This document shows, one piece after another, positions 1 to 47,453 of a stretch of 64,000 bases of DNA. The translations under genes were made by a program, and so were the position numbers. Under the pieces are notes generated by a model, which was given only the letters and a program-made list of their open reading frames with translations, ran no database searches and was not told the origin of the DNA. Source of the DNA: Tubulanus polymorphus (taxonomy: Eukaryota; Animalia; Nemertea); assembly GCF_964204645.1 (NCBI RefSeq), contig NC_134036.1, forward strand, positions 930,001-994,000. The letters are read 5' to 3'. Position 1 is the stretch's first letter; every line of letters starts with the position of its first letter.

Positions 1-534
1 GAAACTACCTGAAAAAACAACAGACCGGAAAAATACGTTTAGAATACCGGCGTTACTACTGCTGCCCCCTGTAGGGTATACACGCGAACTAACCGGCTTT
101 CAGTAACATTATTTGGTCGTCTTGCAGGAAGCCCATGAATCCCGGAATCATTTTAGCGAATTCGATAATTTGTTGAACGGTGATCGTAATTTTTTCCGCG
201 ATCTCTTTCCACATTTCTTCTCGAGACTGAAACGAATCGCGATCAAATGAAAATTAAATCGAAAAAGATGAAATCATAAAAAGACGAAATACGCATCATG
301 CAATTCTGAAAGGTTCGGAAAAAAATCAGAAAATTACCAGCGATTTCAGAGTTTCGTAAACGTCGATAGGTGGCGCTTGCGAGCGTAATCGGTCGATCTG
401 ATCCGTGCTCAATAGACATGTTCTAACGTGAGCCTCGCCGATAGCTTTCACTAATAAACCTAAAAACACAATGAATCGGTCAAAAATCATCAATCTTTCA
501 GTTTAAAACTTTCCATTCAAGTTCCGTAAAACAT

Positions 535-860
535 CCCCCTATGACATCATCGAATTGATACGGTGATATAGAAAAGATGGCTGCCCTCCATAAATTCCCC
601 AATGAAATAAAACTGATGTGACAATCAAACCTTCAAATAGAGATGTCTACTCTCACAAATTTCCCTATGACATCATCAAATTGATGTGATGATATAGACC
701 ATTGCAGAAAAGATGTCTGCCTTCTATGAATCCCCCTATGACATCATCAACTTGATGTGTCAAAGTAGACACTCTCAGCAAAGATGTCTTCTTTCAGAAA
801 TCCTCCCATGACATCATCAAACTGTAAATGAATCTATTGATGATGTCATAGGGGGATCTC
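535..860. repeat. Dispersed minisatellite family with core aaatccccctatgacatcatc
   Basis: The same core recurs at 39245-39600 and 40820-41020 (inverted) and at 58590-58945. Confidence 0.85.
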
Positions 861-885
861 TGGACCGGTTTTTTTTTTTACGTAC

Positions 886-25476
<24,591 letters not shown>

Positions 25477-27499
25477 TTCTATTAAACTATTACTTCATGG
25501 AATTTCCTGGCTATTTCAACACGTAACCCAGTTACTCGTCGCGGCCACCGAGTCGATGAACTAGTTTCTCTCTCAGAATACACGCGAAAACCTGGAATAT
25601 AATCGCTCCTTACTGCATACATTAACCCTGCGTTGACCCTTGCGGTGGTGACCTGAATCCTTTCACTTCGACGCCGATTTCGCCGACTATAAACGCTAAC
25701 AACTCCCGCTATCACTCGCAATTCCTAGATTCAGTTCTCGAGAAGCGTTCGGAATAGTTATTCCCGTGTAATAACGCTGCAATTCGACAGAATTTCACGC
25801 TAAACGTGGTAAATTTCGCCGATTTCAGTGGCAGCACTGTAGTGTTTAGTCATTAAATCGTAGTTCATGGCTTAGCCGCAGTGGATGTAGTGGCAGCACC
25901 TGACGGGTTGATTTGCTTCACTAGCGGGTGGACGGCTCCGATCCATTGCTGGCGCTCCGATTCATCAATCTATACTACAACACAAAATATAGTATTTATA
26001 TAATGTAAAGTCGACAAGGCGAATTTCTAACTAATTTCATTAATCAAGAGGGTAATAAAATTGAATTGAGGTATTTAAGTAACTGTTAGATCGGGCGCTA
26101 AACAGTTTGCCCATTTTGAATTGTTACATCGTCCGTATAACAATCTTGTCCAATCAATTCAATTACAACTTAACAATTTAATCATTTTTCATGGTATATA
26201 GAAAGAAATATGGCAATGCACCAGACAAACATTTATCGAAAATTTAAAGTCCAGAACCCCGAATATGAAATGGTATGAAGAATGTAAAATAACTAAGTCA
26301 AATAATTACCTCAGACGCGTAACACTTTTGCTTTGCTACGGAATCATTACACCCGACGCGAAACAGTTTTGTCTTATTGTTTACGATGACAACCGTTGAT
26401 TTTTGACAGTTGCTGAAGTAAATCCACTCAAGTTTCAGGTCTTGCATCGATTCGGGAGATACCGATTCGGATTTCCAGTGATCGCTGACGAATTGTCGCC
26501 ATTCTTAAGGTTTTACAGCGATTTGTAATCAGATTATTTCCTGGATTAACGTTTTTAGGCATCAAAAAAGGTGTTTGTTTACAGCTTCCAACCACAGCTG
26601 ATATATGTGTTAAATCCAGTAGTGTCTATATAGTATACACAAAATATATGTATACTGTGGGTTGTAACTGACAACTCTTGTCTTGATCCTATTATATCCA
26701 TTATTGCAATGCCTCTGCAAATCACCTTTCATAAGGCGAGCCTAATCTAAATGATTAACTTCAAAACAAGGAAATACAGTAAATCTTGGGTCTAGTAATT
26801 TCTTGATAGAGTATTACATACAAATGACATACACTTACCAACATGGATATCTCTTCAATTCACATACTTGGCCAAAATCAGGAGATGTGACTCTGACAAT
26901 GTTCGGTCTATGTCTGTGTATAGTCAGATATCAGATAAATCCAGATATCAGAATTTAATCCAATATTCACAGCGTCAGCGACCGATAAACCGTAACGTAA
27001 ATCTACCAACCGTATAATCCTATATTTGATCAGTTCAGATAAAGATAAAACCTCGAGAACTCAAGAAATTTGGTTCATTGCATAAATTGCGCAAAACATT
27101 AACTTTAAACACTGGATATAACTCATGATCGTTTGTTTTTTTGTTGGCATTTTGTAGCAACAACTCTGATACGAGCCACTATCGCCTTCTTACTTCAACT
27201 AAGGCCTTCCTTTCACATGGATCTCTTAAACGCTGTTTTTTATTCCATCAAGGGTTGTTGACATCTTGATGATAATCTCCTCTCTTCTTATCTAAGATCT
27301 CAAAGGGTGTAATAACCCTTAAAGAGGCATGTCAAAATCAGTTCCACAGTTTCGAGTTCAGATTTGAACCAAGGTTTGAATTCAAATCTAGTTAATTAAC
27401 TCCTTAAAATTACATATATAACTCCCAACTGTGGAACCGGGTTCTTTTAGAACCAGGTCGTGAGATTCTTCTAAGTTTGATGATGTTTTTCTGTTGCAG

Positions 27500-30400
27500 A
27501 TGCCGATCACTAAAGTTCCGATCGTTCATAAATTCGGGATCATTTCTCACTCGCAACGACTCGAGCTGCAAGAGCGTCTTTTAAAACAATCGTATCTTCA
27601 GTCGTTGCAAGAAGATCAACGTTTCAAACAATACAAGTACGTTCCACAGATTTCCGTATTCATTTTGACTTGAGCGTTTTATTTGTTTTGTTTGGATTTT
27701 GATGATTTTGGTTTCTAGAATTTATTTGTGTAAAAAGTATTTTTGAAGTATTGGAGAAAATGTTAGAGATAATTAATTTCCCTAAATAACATTACTGTCA
27801 CCATCGGTGCCAATAAAGTATTTTCTTTTTAAATATTTCATACAATTTATTTGTGTAAAAAGTATTTTCGAAGTATTGGAGAAAATGTTGTATTTAATTT
27901 AATAATTAAATTCTCTAAATAATCCTGTCCCCATAAAGTGTTTTTTTAAAGATATTTCATTATTCGATGGTTTTAGAATTTATTTGTGTAAAAAGTATTT
28001 TTGAAGTATTGGAGAAAATGTTAGAGATAAATTCATTTCCCTAAATAACATTACTGTCACCATCGGCCCCATAGTGTGCTTGTGTAAAATGTATTTTCGA
28101 AGTATTGGAGAAAATGTTGTATTCAATTCAACAATTAATTTCTTTAAATAACATTACTTTCACCTGGTAGCAAAACTGGTATCTTTGTTGTCCATAAAAT
28201 TGATCTTTTAGATATTTTATTATTCATTTGTTTTTCAGAAATCCTTTAGAAGTAACCGATGAATTCATCAATCAGTTTAATGCAGCTCGTCACCTCGACG
28301 ACAAGGAGAGGCTGGAAGATCAAGCGTACAGGATGCTCGAGAGAATCAAAGTACGAAATCGATATCGAAATACCGTATATCAAAAATCTGAGATAGAAAT
28401 GGAAATGAATTCTAAAAACTGTTTTCTGTTGTTTCCAGCGTCGGTCTGGTTTGAGAGGCGGGGGTCAAGGTTCTCACGTCGATCTACCACTGGCCTGGAC
28501 TGAACTATCGCAACTAGCCCAGTGCAAGGGAAAAATACAAGAAGGTAAGTTTTCATCCAGTTGACAAAAGCGCTCGATTTGGATCCGATCGACTCAAATA
28601 TAACTATTTAACTTGAAGACAACTGTTTGACTCAGAAATTTTAAGAAATATTTTTCAAGTGCAGTATATGAATCATGTACAGTCCAGTTCAATCCTTTAA
28701 GATCTGACTTGAGCCTCATCTACAGTAGCACAGATATTTGATAAGAGTAGATTCTTCTCTAAACTCAAATTATCACCAAACCGTTCATAGTTTCTATTTT
28801 CTCCCTGATTATGGATATTATCTGTTGTTGTAGATTGTTTAGACGTGATGGTATCGTCGTTAGACCAGTCCCCGCTATCCGAGACGCAAGTTCCCGCTCT
28901 ATTCTACCTCGGTGAAATGTGTCTGTACTGGTTGCGTACGGATATCGTCAGTCAACCGTATCTTCGAACCGGAGAAATCAAATTATTAAAGGTTCAGAAA
29001 ATACTGTAGTTGATTTTCAGTTACGCGACAACTTTTATCAAACTTCACTGACTTACACTTGAGTGCACAAATTGGGACTCAAAATGAGAGATGGCTTCAG
29101 TATTCTGACGACTTATCCAAATGACGTCTTACATTTATTGAATTGAATTGGAAATACACAAGTTTGACTGAAACTGGATAGTGATTTATTGATTGAGTTA
29201 ATGTTGTTTTTTTTTTCAGATGGGTCAGTTAGTATTCACGCGATTGTTTTATCACCACATGGCCGGAGAACTCAGCGATAAACAACAATACAAAAGACGT
29301 TTATTCACCTATCTCGATGGTAAGTGTATAAAAAAATATAAAATAAATATAGTAACGATGAACTTTCAATTGTCATTATGTCAACTATCCACTGGTTACT
29401 ATGACCAACTTTTCAGCAACTGCTGCAGCCCCTGTTGTGTAAAGCCCAGGGCCCGGTTCCACAGTCATGAGTTAAGATTTGACTCTTGAGTTAAAACATT
29501 GAAAATAAACTAATTTTGACTCTGAGTTAAATCTAACTCGAAACTGTGCAACTGGATCCAGATGTGTCTTAGGTCAAACCTGAGGTCAAATGTAACCAAT
29601 GTGTCCTCGGCGTTAGATTGTCAACTGTCCCCGAGTCGATCAATAAAAGAATTTTTTGTTTATTCAAACGACAGGGTTTGAAGATTGTCAGGAAGCGTAC
29701 AATCCGTATCCGAACGCATTGTTGTCGATTCGTTACATAAACGAAGTTGGTAAAATCGTCATCGCCGACGCTATGGTTACGAAACCGTCGCCGCCAACAA
29801 ATACCGAGGAGATCGCCGCGACGACGACCACCGAACAATCGGAAACGAGTACGAAAGTCTCGCAGCACGAGTCCGACGTAAGTTAAGTTCATCACTGACT
29901 AATTGATATTCAAAAGTGCTGGGGATAATTTGAAAATTTTTCAAAGTTTCCACCCAGGCTTTAGCGCAGTGTATCATTAGTTACTAATACATATATTTCA
30001 TTATGGTTGACATGCCCTGCCATCTTTCAATGGAGATCAGAACTAATTACTAACTTCCATACACTATGATGCGATGTACTAGCACCATCTCCAATCTATA
30101 CACGGCACTGCGGTGTAGACACACTGAAAGGGTTAAACCCCGGGTCGAAGTATCTCAAAATTCGAAATATTCTTTTTTACAAATTTTGTTTTCTTTATTT
30201 CGTAGATTTTTCGCGAAGTCGCTACGAACGTCGATAAACTATCGACGATTGTCTCCGGGACGACGCGCGTAACGTCCAGTAATACGGGCATTTCTCGTAA
30301 AACGGGCGCGTCGGGCGCGTTGAGTAGCAGCGTGCACGACCTCAGTCCGACTCTGTGGCATTCTCTAGACGTGTGGAGGTGCGTGGCGCAGTCGAGCGGA

Positions 30401-32904
30401 GGAATTGAGGACGCGTTGAGCGGACTGTCTCGCTGCGGAGCAGGCCTCGTCAACGAGAGTTGGTAAGAAATGACCTAAGATTCTAAGCTCCTCCGCGACA
30501 GGTGGCCGAACTAATCTCATTGCACCAAATAAAACAGGGTGGCGCCACTAACCTGGAAATCAGGGAAATGTCGGAGAATTTTCTTTTCTTTAAAAAAGTC
30601 GGGGAATATTCTGGGAATTTTGTAAAAAAGCTAAAAGTCAGGCAAATTTGTTGAGATTGCTAGATCTCGCGTTTTATCAACCAGTCCCAGTTCCACAGTT
30701 GTGACCGCGACTGATTGACCAATTTCAAACCGGGTTTCCATAGCGATATTAATTATTTCAGGGTCGACGGAATGTGCGCGTTAGGAATCCTTGCAGAGGC
30801 CGCGAAATTAAACACGAACGCGATGCGAGGATTACAGAACCTCGCGCGAGGTTTCATCAGCCGTAAAACAACTCGTCACCACGACGAACCAACCGGCAAT
30901 CAGACGACACCGCGTCTAAACACAGAATCATCCGGTAATTTATTCCACACTTTTAAATTCCACTCTTCCACGGACAACACATTCCACGCTTGTTGCCGAT
31001 ACGGATAATCTCGATTTCGAATTTTAAATTTTCTAGAAATGGAATCGGGAACGACGGAGATTCTCGATACGATTCCCGATTCAACGAATCAAACATTAAG
31101 CGATATCTACGAACGAACCGAAGTCGACAGCAGCGACATATCTAACCGTCGCCGTGACGACACGGACACATCGTCTAGTCGTCGTGGCGATGAATCAGAC
31201 GCGATCGACGCCCAGTTAGAATCGGTTAGTCAATCGAAGATAGATGGCGCCGGTATCGCGGGGCGGACCGGAGCGCAGTCTCGGTGCAGCATCAGCGGAA
31301 CCACCAAGAATCACCCGGTAATTTTTCTTCAAAAAAATTTATGGCAAAAATGACTAGCCACGATTAGTCATTCCCCTATATTTGTAAGGAAGATGACTAA
31401 CGCATGCTAGTCAGTATCGCTTCGAAATTTAATTTACATTTTTTCATCATATTTCAGAAAGTTGAAGTAGCGGGTTTACACGGTTGGCACTGGGAGGTCG
31501 CAATAACGTATGCCGACCTCCTCACCGACATCGTATTACACGGAGCTACCGCTAATATACAAAAGAGGGCGCTAGTCGGCACGAACGTCGAATACAACAA
31601 TGTAGAGAAACGGTCGTCGCACGCGATTCCGATGAAAAGCGCCGGATTGTTGGATCTCGTTTATTTCATCTCGGAAAATGAAACGAAGGATTGGGGTAGG
31701 TTTAGGAAGAGGGAGAGGGAGGGAGAGAATGGGAGATGCAGAGGGAGAGAGGCAGATAGGAGAAAGGGAGAGGGAGAGAAAGGGAGAGAGGAGAGAAAGG
31801 CAGAGGCAGAGAGAGGGAGAGGGAGGGGGAGGGAGAATGTGGAATGCATGAAGTGATGAATATATATTTTCAGGACCGAACGATTGGAGTTGGAAGGTGA
31901 GATACACGGCTATTCAAGGTCTAGTGAAGATCTGTCGATGTTTAACCGGTGATAAATCACGCGAAGGAATTCACACGGTAGCCTGGAACACCGTGCTGCG
32001 AGCGCACGTCACCGAGAAAGACTCACGCGTGCTCGAGGGGTTGAAGGTTGGACAGGTGAGTTCACGTATCCTCGAGTGGTTGAAGGTTGCTTAAGTGAGA
32101 GATCAAATATAGATTTTAACAGATTGACAAATTGACTCCGTTGCTCCCTAAATTTGGGTAAAATGCTGAGTAAAAGTTGATTCTTTTCTTTTCGAAGGTC
32201 GATGCAAACATCGAGAAGCTAATCAACGAACACCTGACAGTGGCGCCATCTTCGATAAGCGTTAAAATCGCTACTCGACTGTCGCAGTCGTATCTACCGC
32301 CGCTGCCTCCGATTATTAAAACTCCGACTCCGCGGTCCGATAAGAAATCGACTCCCCCGCGTCGCCCGGAGCAGCAGACCGCGTCGCGATCGCCGCGGAA
32401 ACAACAACAATCGACGTCGCGACGACCACAACAACAACAGCAACGAACGACGTTGAAAGACGAATTGAAATTAGCGACGGGCGACGAATCGGAGAAAATA
32501 CCGGATTATAACACGAGAATGAGCTTTGATTTGAGACGGATCGTTGAGGATCAGGTGAGTGGAACAGGGTGTGGATAGAGTGGAACAGGGTGTGGATAGA
32601 GTGGAACAGGGTGTGGATAGAGTGGAACAGGGAGTGGACAGAGTGGAAGGAAGGGGTTGAACATTGGAAATCATTTTCTTTAGTCAGAAAAACCTTTTAA
32701 AACTCTCTAAGAAGGACCATTTTCGACGATTTTGTTACATTCTGTTTTCAGTGGAGAAAAGAACTTCAAATCGATCTCGAACGCGATGAGAAACTTCAGC
32801 AGACGGAACTCGCTGACGAGCAGACGCAACACGAACGCGACAGACGACAAACTCAACTCAACAAACAACACAAATTACAACGAGGATTAAAAACCTCTGA
32901 ATAG
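27500..32904 (+). CDS. TMEM232: Transmembrane protein 232 homologue
   Basis: About 13 exons (approx. 27500-27636, 28239-28350, 28439-28544, 28834-28991, 29220-29319, 29674-29877, 30206-30462, 30762-30934, 31038-31317, 31459-31696, 31874-32055, 32198-32554, 32752-32904). Motifs GSHVDLPLAWTELSQLAQCKGKIQE, SLDQSPL..VPALFYLGE, PYLRTGEIKLLKMGQLVFTRLF and YPN match TMEM232 as I recall it. Confidence 0.85.
27715..28215. repeat. Degenerate ~100-130-bp tandem repeat x4 in TMEM232 intron
   Basis: tgtgtaaaa..gtattttcgaagtattggagaaaatgtt occurs four times. Confidence 0.8.
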
Positions 32905-33888
32905 AAGCGCTGTAAACATATCGTCGCAGATCTTGTTCCGTACTTGCCGAGAATGGTTTTAAGCCGGCAACAAAACCGGCGGTTTGTTTTTCAAGTTCGA
33001 ATTTTCCGTCCAACGCTTTGAGAATTTTGTTCATCGTAAATAAAAATATTATTCGATTGAATTTCATCAACATTTTTCGCGCAGCAACCAAAAAGTTTTC
33101 GACGACATTAGAAATTCTAGCGAAACTTTCACACACAAAACGATTACAATTCATTCATTTTTTATATTTAACCATTTTACAATCATATTCGGTTAAGAAC
33201 TAATTATCATTATCATTATTAATTATAATAATATATCTTCGCTAATTGATTAATTACAATTTATTACACGACTTAAAATGGTTTCATTAGTTGTCTCTAT
33301 CTCGGTTTATAGAGCTCTGTCTTGGTGAGTAATGTGACCTAGTCCCGCGATGAGAAGTAGAAATAGAAGTATATATATCACAAAGGACTAAACCTGATAT
33401 CTCTTGATTGTAGTTTCAAATTAAAAATGAAAACAATTTGAATAAAAAAAATTAAATAAATCCAATCGCTTCAGTTAAAACAAACTACCGTAAGAGATTA
33501 TTCTGATTTTGTGAGTATTTACATATTTTTTTAGGAACTGTGACCCCTAATTATTTGTAACTGGCTCGTACACAAACTCGTGTGTAAACTATAACGGAGA
33601 TTTCAACCCAAGCAACAAACAAGTTTTCGTCAGAATTTCGTTAAACTCAATGTTATCTACCATAATTCTATGTGTATCATGTTGTCTGTATCATACACGG
33701 GTCTCTGACGCGTCACAGACACATTTCATACTCTTAACAACGTACCCAAACTCCTTGAAAATGAGTTTTTGAATAAAGAAAAAAAATTCAGAAAATTATT
33801 CGAATATAACAGCTCCAAATTTTACTTCTCATCGTGGGACCTTTAGACTATACAAACATTTACAGATCAAAAGCAAATAACTAAACTA

Positions 33889-34052
33889 TGGGATCATTCA
33901 TTTATTAAGTACGCATGAAGTTTGAATTTTTCACCCCCCCCTCGCCCTCTGAACGCAAAATCGGCCATTTTTTCATATACATTAAGCATTACAGTACGCA
34001 ATTGCACTGACCCCTCCCCCCTCCCCTAATGTGTACGTAATAAATGAATGAA
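33889..34052. mobile_element. MITE-like element with TIR cattcatttatta(a/c)gtac
   Basis: cattcatttattaagtac ... gtacgtaataaatgaatg inverted ends around a C-rich core. Confidence 0.55.
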
Positions 34053-34349
34053 ACATCATAAACTCTGATCCCTTTTCTTTAAGCCAGACTTAAATTGGTT
34101 TTTTGTTTTTTAAATACGTGTTTTCTTAAGACAAATTCTAAAATGCTAGAACTCTGCTTCGACATCATCATCATCATAATATTATAATTATAATTATGAT
34201 GAATGATCATACGATAGTAATATTGCATGGTCCCAATTTATTTTAGGCGTACGTTTTAGAAAATGAATGTTGAATTTACACGGTTACAATGGTGAAAATG
34301 AGCATTTTCGCATAAAACTCTTTCATCGCAAACTAATTAATACCCTTAA

Positions 34350-34630
34350 CCCTTTCAGTGCGTCTACACCGCAGTGCGGTGTATAAATCGGTGATGGATT
34401 TTGCTAGTACACCGCGCTGCGGTGTCTTAACTTAATTAGTAATTATCTCTCTTGAAAGATGACAGCATCTGTCAAACATAGTAAATTATTAGTAAAGAAT
34501 GATACACCGCGCTGCGGTGTAGACACATTATAGCGCTATTCCCGTTATTCAACACACTAGGGTGGAATTTTCCCAAATTTTCACATTTTCTCCAGCACTA
34601 TAGGGTATTAATTAGTCCGCACGGAAAGGG
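34350..34630. mobile_element. piggyBac-like MITE (281 bp) with TTAA target duplication
   Basis: TTAA|CCCTTTCAGTGCG ... CGCACGGAAAGGG|TTAA; 13-bp TIRs with one mismatch. Related copies at 34635-34885, ~29890-30136 and 43026-43285. Confidence 0.8.
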
Positions 34631-36096
34631 TTAAAGCGCTGGAGATAGTTTGAAAATTTTCAAAGATTCCACCCCAGTGAGTTGTATAACAGACACACCG
34701 CTATTGTGTCTCCACTGCAGTGCCGTGTATCATTGTCAGTTACTAATCTTTCAATATGTTCGACAAGTGCAGCCATCTTCCAATAGAGATAAAAACTAAT
34801 TATCGATAACATCGATGCGGTGTACTAGCGAAGTAAATCATCGATTTAAACGCCGCACTGCGGTGTAAACGCACTGAAAGGATTTAAAAAAATCAACTCT
34901 GTTTTAATATTTCACGAATGAAAACAAAACTGTCCTTTACAACCAGACGACATTTTGTGACCGTTTTAAAAAAGCGATTCGCGTAAAAAATATTTCATCA
35001 CGAGCGATGAAAAATCTTCTCTACAACCCTTCGGGTTCGGCGTGACGTGTCACAACATTGAAATACGTTACGATGATTTTTCTCCAAAAAAAGTGCGCGC
35101 GAGGATTTCATATAGAAAATATTGAGGAGACTGTATCTCAATTTTCCAGATTTATAAAAATACATTCATTGAGTTTTGATTCACAAGTTTGATCGTGAAC
35201 GTGTGTGTGACAGGGAGGAGAGAGAGTCGGGAGGGTTCCGTTCTTTAAGTACATTAACATATAGCAACTTGAGGGAGTAATAGGAATCAGTTCCTCAGTT
35301 ACTTTACCCATATTGCCTCCATCACAAGTGAATGTGATTGAGGGGAGAGAGGAGAGAGGGGTTTGTTTAAGTACATCTATACCGGTATATAGCAATTAGA
35401 GGGAAAAGTTAAAGTAACAATAATTTCCTCAAGAGACATTGCCTTCATCCCTTCACTCATGCAAAATCCCAACTACTCATAAACACACTGCCCGCATCCT
35501 CCCCTCCCCATCCTGCCCCCCCCCCTTATTGTGAGTTCATACACAAAGTGATTCATTTACGGATTTATAAAATTCATATCATACATATTCTTAATATACA
35601 TTATAATCATATCACTTTGTGCAGATATAAAAACATGTATAAGCTGTACACACGTACCAGACATACAGACATACACCCACGTACGAATATAGCACAGACT
35701 TTATACTCGAGTGGCGTTTCACTCTATAACCCCCGCCCCTCTACCCGTTCGGTCATGGAAGAAAAATTAGAGAAACTATTAAAACTTTATAAACACCTAA
35801 TCTATTCGACGCAACGTCATTTTGCGATGACAAAAATTTCGGCGAGAAAATCTTCGAAAAGTTGCTGAAGTCGCAAAATAAAAATAAAGATCTAGAGGGC
35901 AATTTTTACAGTCACGACTTTCTCGAGATTGGGGTCAAATTTCTAGGATCGATTAATATTTCCTTTTTTCGGTGAGAAATGGGATGAGCCCTTAGGGCAG
36001 CACGGGCGGCCTCTCGTGGCGACAGGGTGAATACGATTACCCTAGGGAGCCGAGGTGCCCCCTGATGAGGGTTTTAGGTACCATTGTTCAGACGTA

Positions 36097-44180
<8,084 letters not shown>

Positions 44181-47100
44181 CCTCCTACAGAATATGATAA
44201 AGAATATGTTTGAAATCTAAGATTGCTCAGAATTCGGTTTTTGGTGCAAGGAAAAAATGTTAGATTTTAGAAATTTCTAGAATATTTTTTTCAGAGGGTT
44301 TTTTTTTGGTTTATGAATTATGAAATCAACGAGGGAGCAAAATAAAAAGTTTGCTTCCTCTTCCTATGCTACATAACGCTTCAAACTGCATACATGTCAG
44401 AAGTTTGAAAACCAGGAACATTTTACTTTTACTTAACAAAGCAACTAAAAATTTAGTCATATCCTCCAAAAAAGTTTCTGAGATAGTTTTATACCTGACT
44501 GAAAGAAGCTTGATTTTCAAGTTTTTGGATTAAACTTTTTTGCAGAAGATTTCCTCGAAATAATAACAACCAAGTTCTTATAATTGACGAAAACTAGATT
44601 TCCTGGTTGTATCTGCATGAATTACCGGCCTTCACAAACAAACAGTCTTCAATCGAACGTGTATTTATAAATCGCGTTGTGTGCGAAAAAGCAGTTTTCA
44701 GTAGAACACACAATTCCGAATCGACCCAAAAACAAGCAATACGAATTATTCTCATTCATTTCATTGCGTTTAATTTTTCAATTCATTTTCGCGCTCGGTT
44801 TAGACCCCCTCATAAGAAAAAAAATGAGGAAGTTCTCTAGCCTATATATCCGTACATAAGCCTATATACAGTGTTGTCATATTCAGATAGATAATTTAGA
44901 AAATTCAGAACTTGGATTTGAAGTCAATTTGACGGTTGGTTTAGTTACGATACTTCAAGGTTAGAGGAGTTTGACAGTTATAGGCTAAGAGAGGAGGTTA
45001 GGGGTGTATTTCAGATTTCAGACTATACCACTGGAGGCTCTGCATCAGTCAGCTCTCAGTTCAGGGCTGAGGGTAGGGAGGGAGAGAAAGAGGGTTTGGG
45101 ATGTATTTCAGGTTTTTGAGCCATACCGCTGGAGGCTCTGCGTCAGTCAGAACTCAGCTCTCATCTCTGTGTTTAACATACATCAGGAAGTTGTGTAAAT
45201 AATAGCTGTAATAATTAGGGATTATTATCAAAATATAAATATTAGCACTAACTATAAACACATAGACAGAGCACTGTGGGGTTGGGGATAAAAACAACAT
45301 GGGGGGGGGGAGAGGGAGAGATATACGTAATACGTTTATATTTACAACTAAAACTAATAATATCCCTCATACAGGTCGATATCCATATAGAAAATACAAG
45401 AAGAAATATCCCCAAATATTTCACACAAACTCTTACTCAGTATTTGACCCCCCAACTCGAAGAAGAGTATCACAAGGAATCATAGCAAGTAGTCAACTCC
45501 TACACACAAATAACGATTAAAAACTCTGTCGATTATGACATCGAGATGGATGTATTATAACTGTGTAACTACTAGATGATGTATGTATCGAAATAATTGG
45601 CGCTTTTAACCTAATTTCACTGTTAACCGTTAGCTGTATAGCAGTCAGTACTCTGTACAGATCTGTGTAAATCGGAAATGATATATAATTAGTGCACAGA
45701 ACTCTATCCTTGTTCCTCGCTATTTGATGTGTACCCAGTACACGCGTCTGTTAAAACCGAAAGTTAACAAACTCAACGTCAAAATCAGAATGAAATGACT
45801 CATTTTCATCTCTCAAATTTTAAGAGGTTTTTTGCTCTACCAACATTTTCTAATCATTTCGAATTCTTGGCTTCCGCGCAATTTGAATTATTTCTATGCT
45901 ATTTGTGTCACAGGGTTTCTGTGCTCGAAACTTTTCGCGATAAAAAATCTACGGATTTTAAAAAAAACAAAAATTACAGTCTTCAAACCATTAGGCAGCA
46001 AATGTGGTAAAAACAAGTTACCATAAACAACGAATACAATTGACAACTTTACCTATAACTACAATATCAACCAACCTACCGACCCAACCCACCAAACATC
46101 CTAATTGCTACCAGAACAATAATGTGTAGGTATGTTATTTCACCGCAAAAAATGTTGTGGAAAAATTACCTGTTTGAATTAATTTTCTAAATCAAAATAA
46201 ATCGTGTGCCATATTGTATAGGCTTAACTCACAGGGACCTGACAAAAAAAAATTTTGACCCCAGTATCCTAGGTACTAGGTTTTTTTATAGTACCTAGGA
46301 TACTGGGGTCAAATTTTTTTTTGTCAGGTCCCTGGGTCCCTGTGGCTTACCCATCCCAATAGCCCTTACTCCTCATAAAAAGCCTTATACCACATACCCT
46401 ACTGTAATTCAACCTGGTACGCCCACCAATTCTCACTTCATGATAATGTGATATGGACTCTCTCAGTCAGGAGGAGAGGCGAGAAATATGACACTGACAT
46501 GACAGGGAGGTAAGCCAGAGAAAGCTGGCAGATAGGGAGGAGAGGGTGTTGGGGAGTGAGGCACTCCACATAGAAAGATGGACGGGAAGGAGACAGGGAG
46601 AAGAGGTAGGCAGGGAGGAGCTAAACAGGTGTCAGAAATTTGACAGTTTGTTTTTAAATGAGAGAGAGGAGGAACTCCAAGAAGGAAGGCCGAAAATGCG
46701 GCCGTCTAAACCTCGAAAATAGAACTGTCAGTCGAAATTCCGCCACCAAAAAACAAATTAACTGATAAACCAGGTACTCACGGATTAACGGATTATCCTA
46801 AACTGTATCCAACATCACCGGCCACTGTTTTAATCCGCTTTATATCTGATAATCCCACTGAAATTATTCTAGAGAAAAACAGCCCATGCGTAATACGTCA
46901 TCGAATCGTGTTTACCCGGGTGTCGCGCGACTCGCAATCCGTGGCGTCTCAACCGAACATGCGTATATCAGACATCGGACGAAAGACGCGCGACTTGAGT
47001 TTTAAGATTTACAACCTAAGACAGAAGACAAGCTACACTAGCGCCATCACTCAAATCAAACCCAAATCAAGCGGATTTATTGATACAAACTTCAAATTAA

Positions 47101-47398
47101 GCGATTTATTGATATTTCTTACGGGAATAAATACCTCGGCCGTAAACAACTTCGTTTTATTGTATCCTCTTGTACTGAAAAAACCCGATCAGTTTTTGTC
47201 AACAAAAATCGAGTTATTTTAACGCGAGAAGAATCTACCCAACCCGAGCCCGAGCCGAAAACGGCAATCAGGTTAGTCTGACCGAAATTTTCTTTAAATC
47301 ACGAGACCAGGAAATATAAAAAGAATTTTTTGTAATAATTTCCATTTTTTTATTTAAGCTAATATTTTTATCCTATCTCTGTGTCTATAGAGAGAAAG

Positions 47399-47409
47399 AT
47401 GACGTCTGT

Positions 47410-47453
<44 letters not shown>

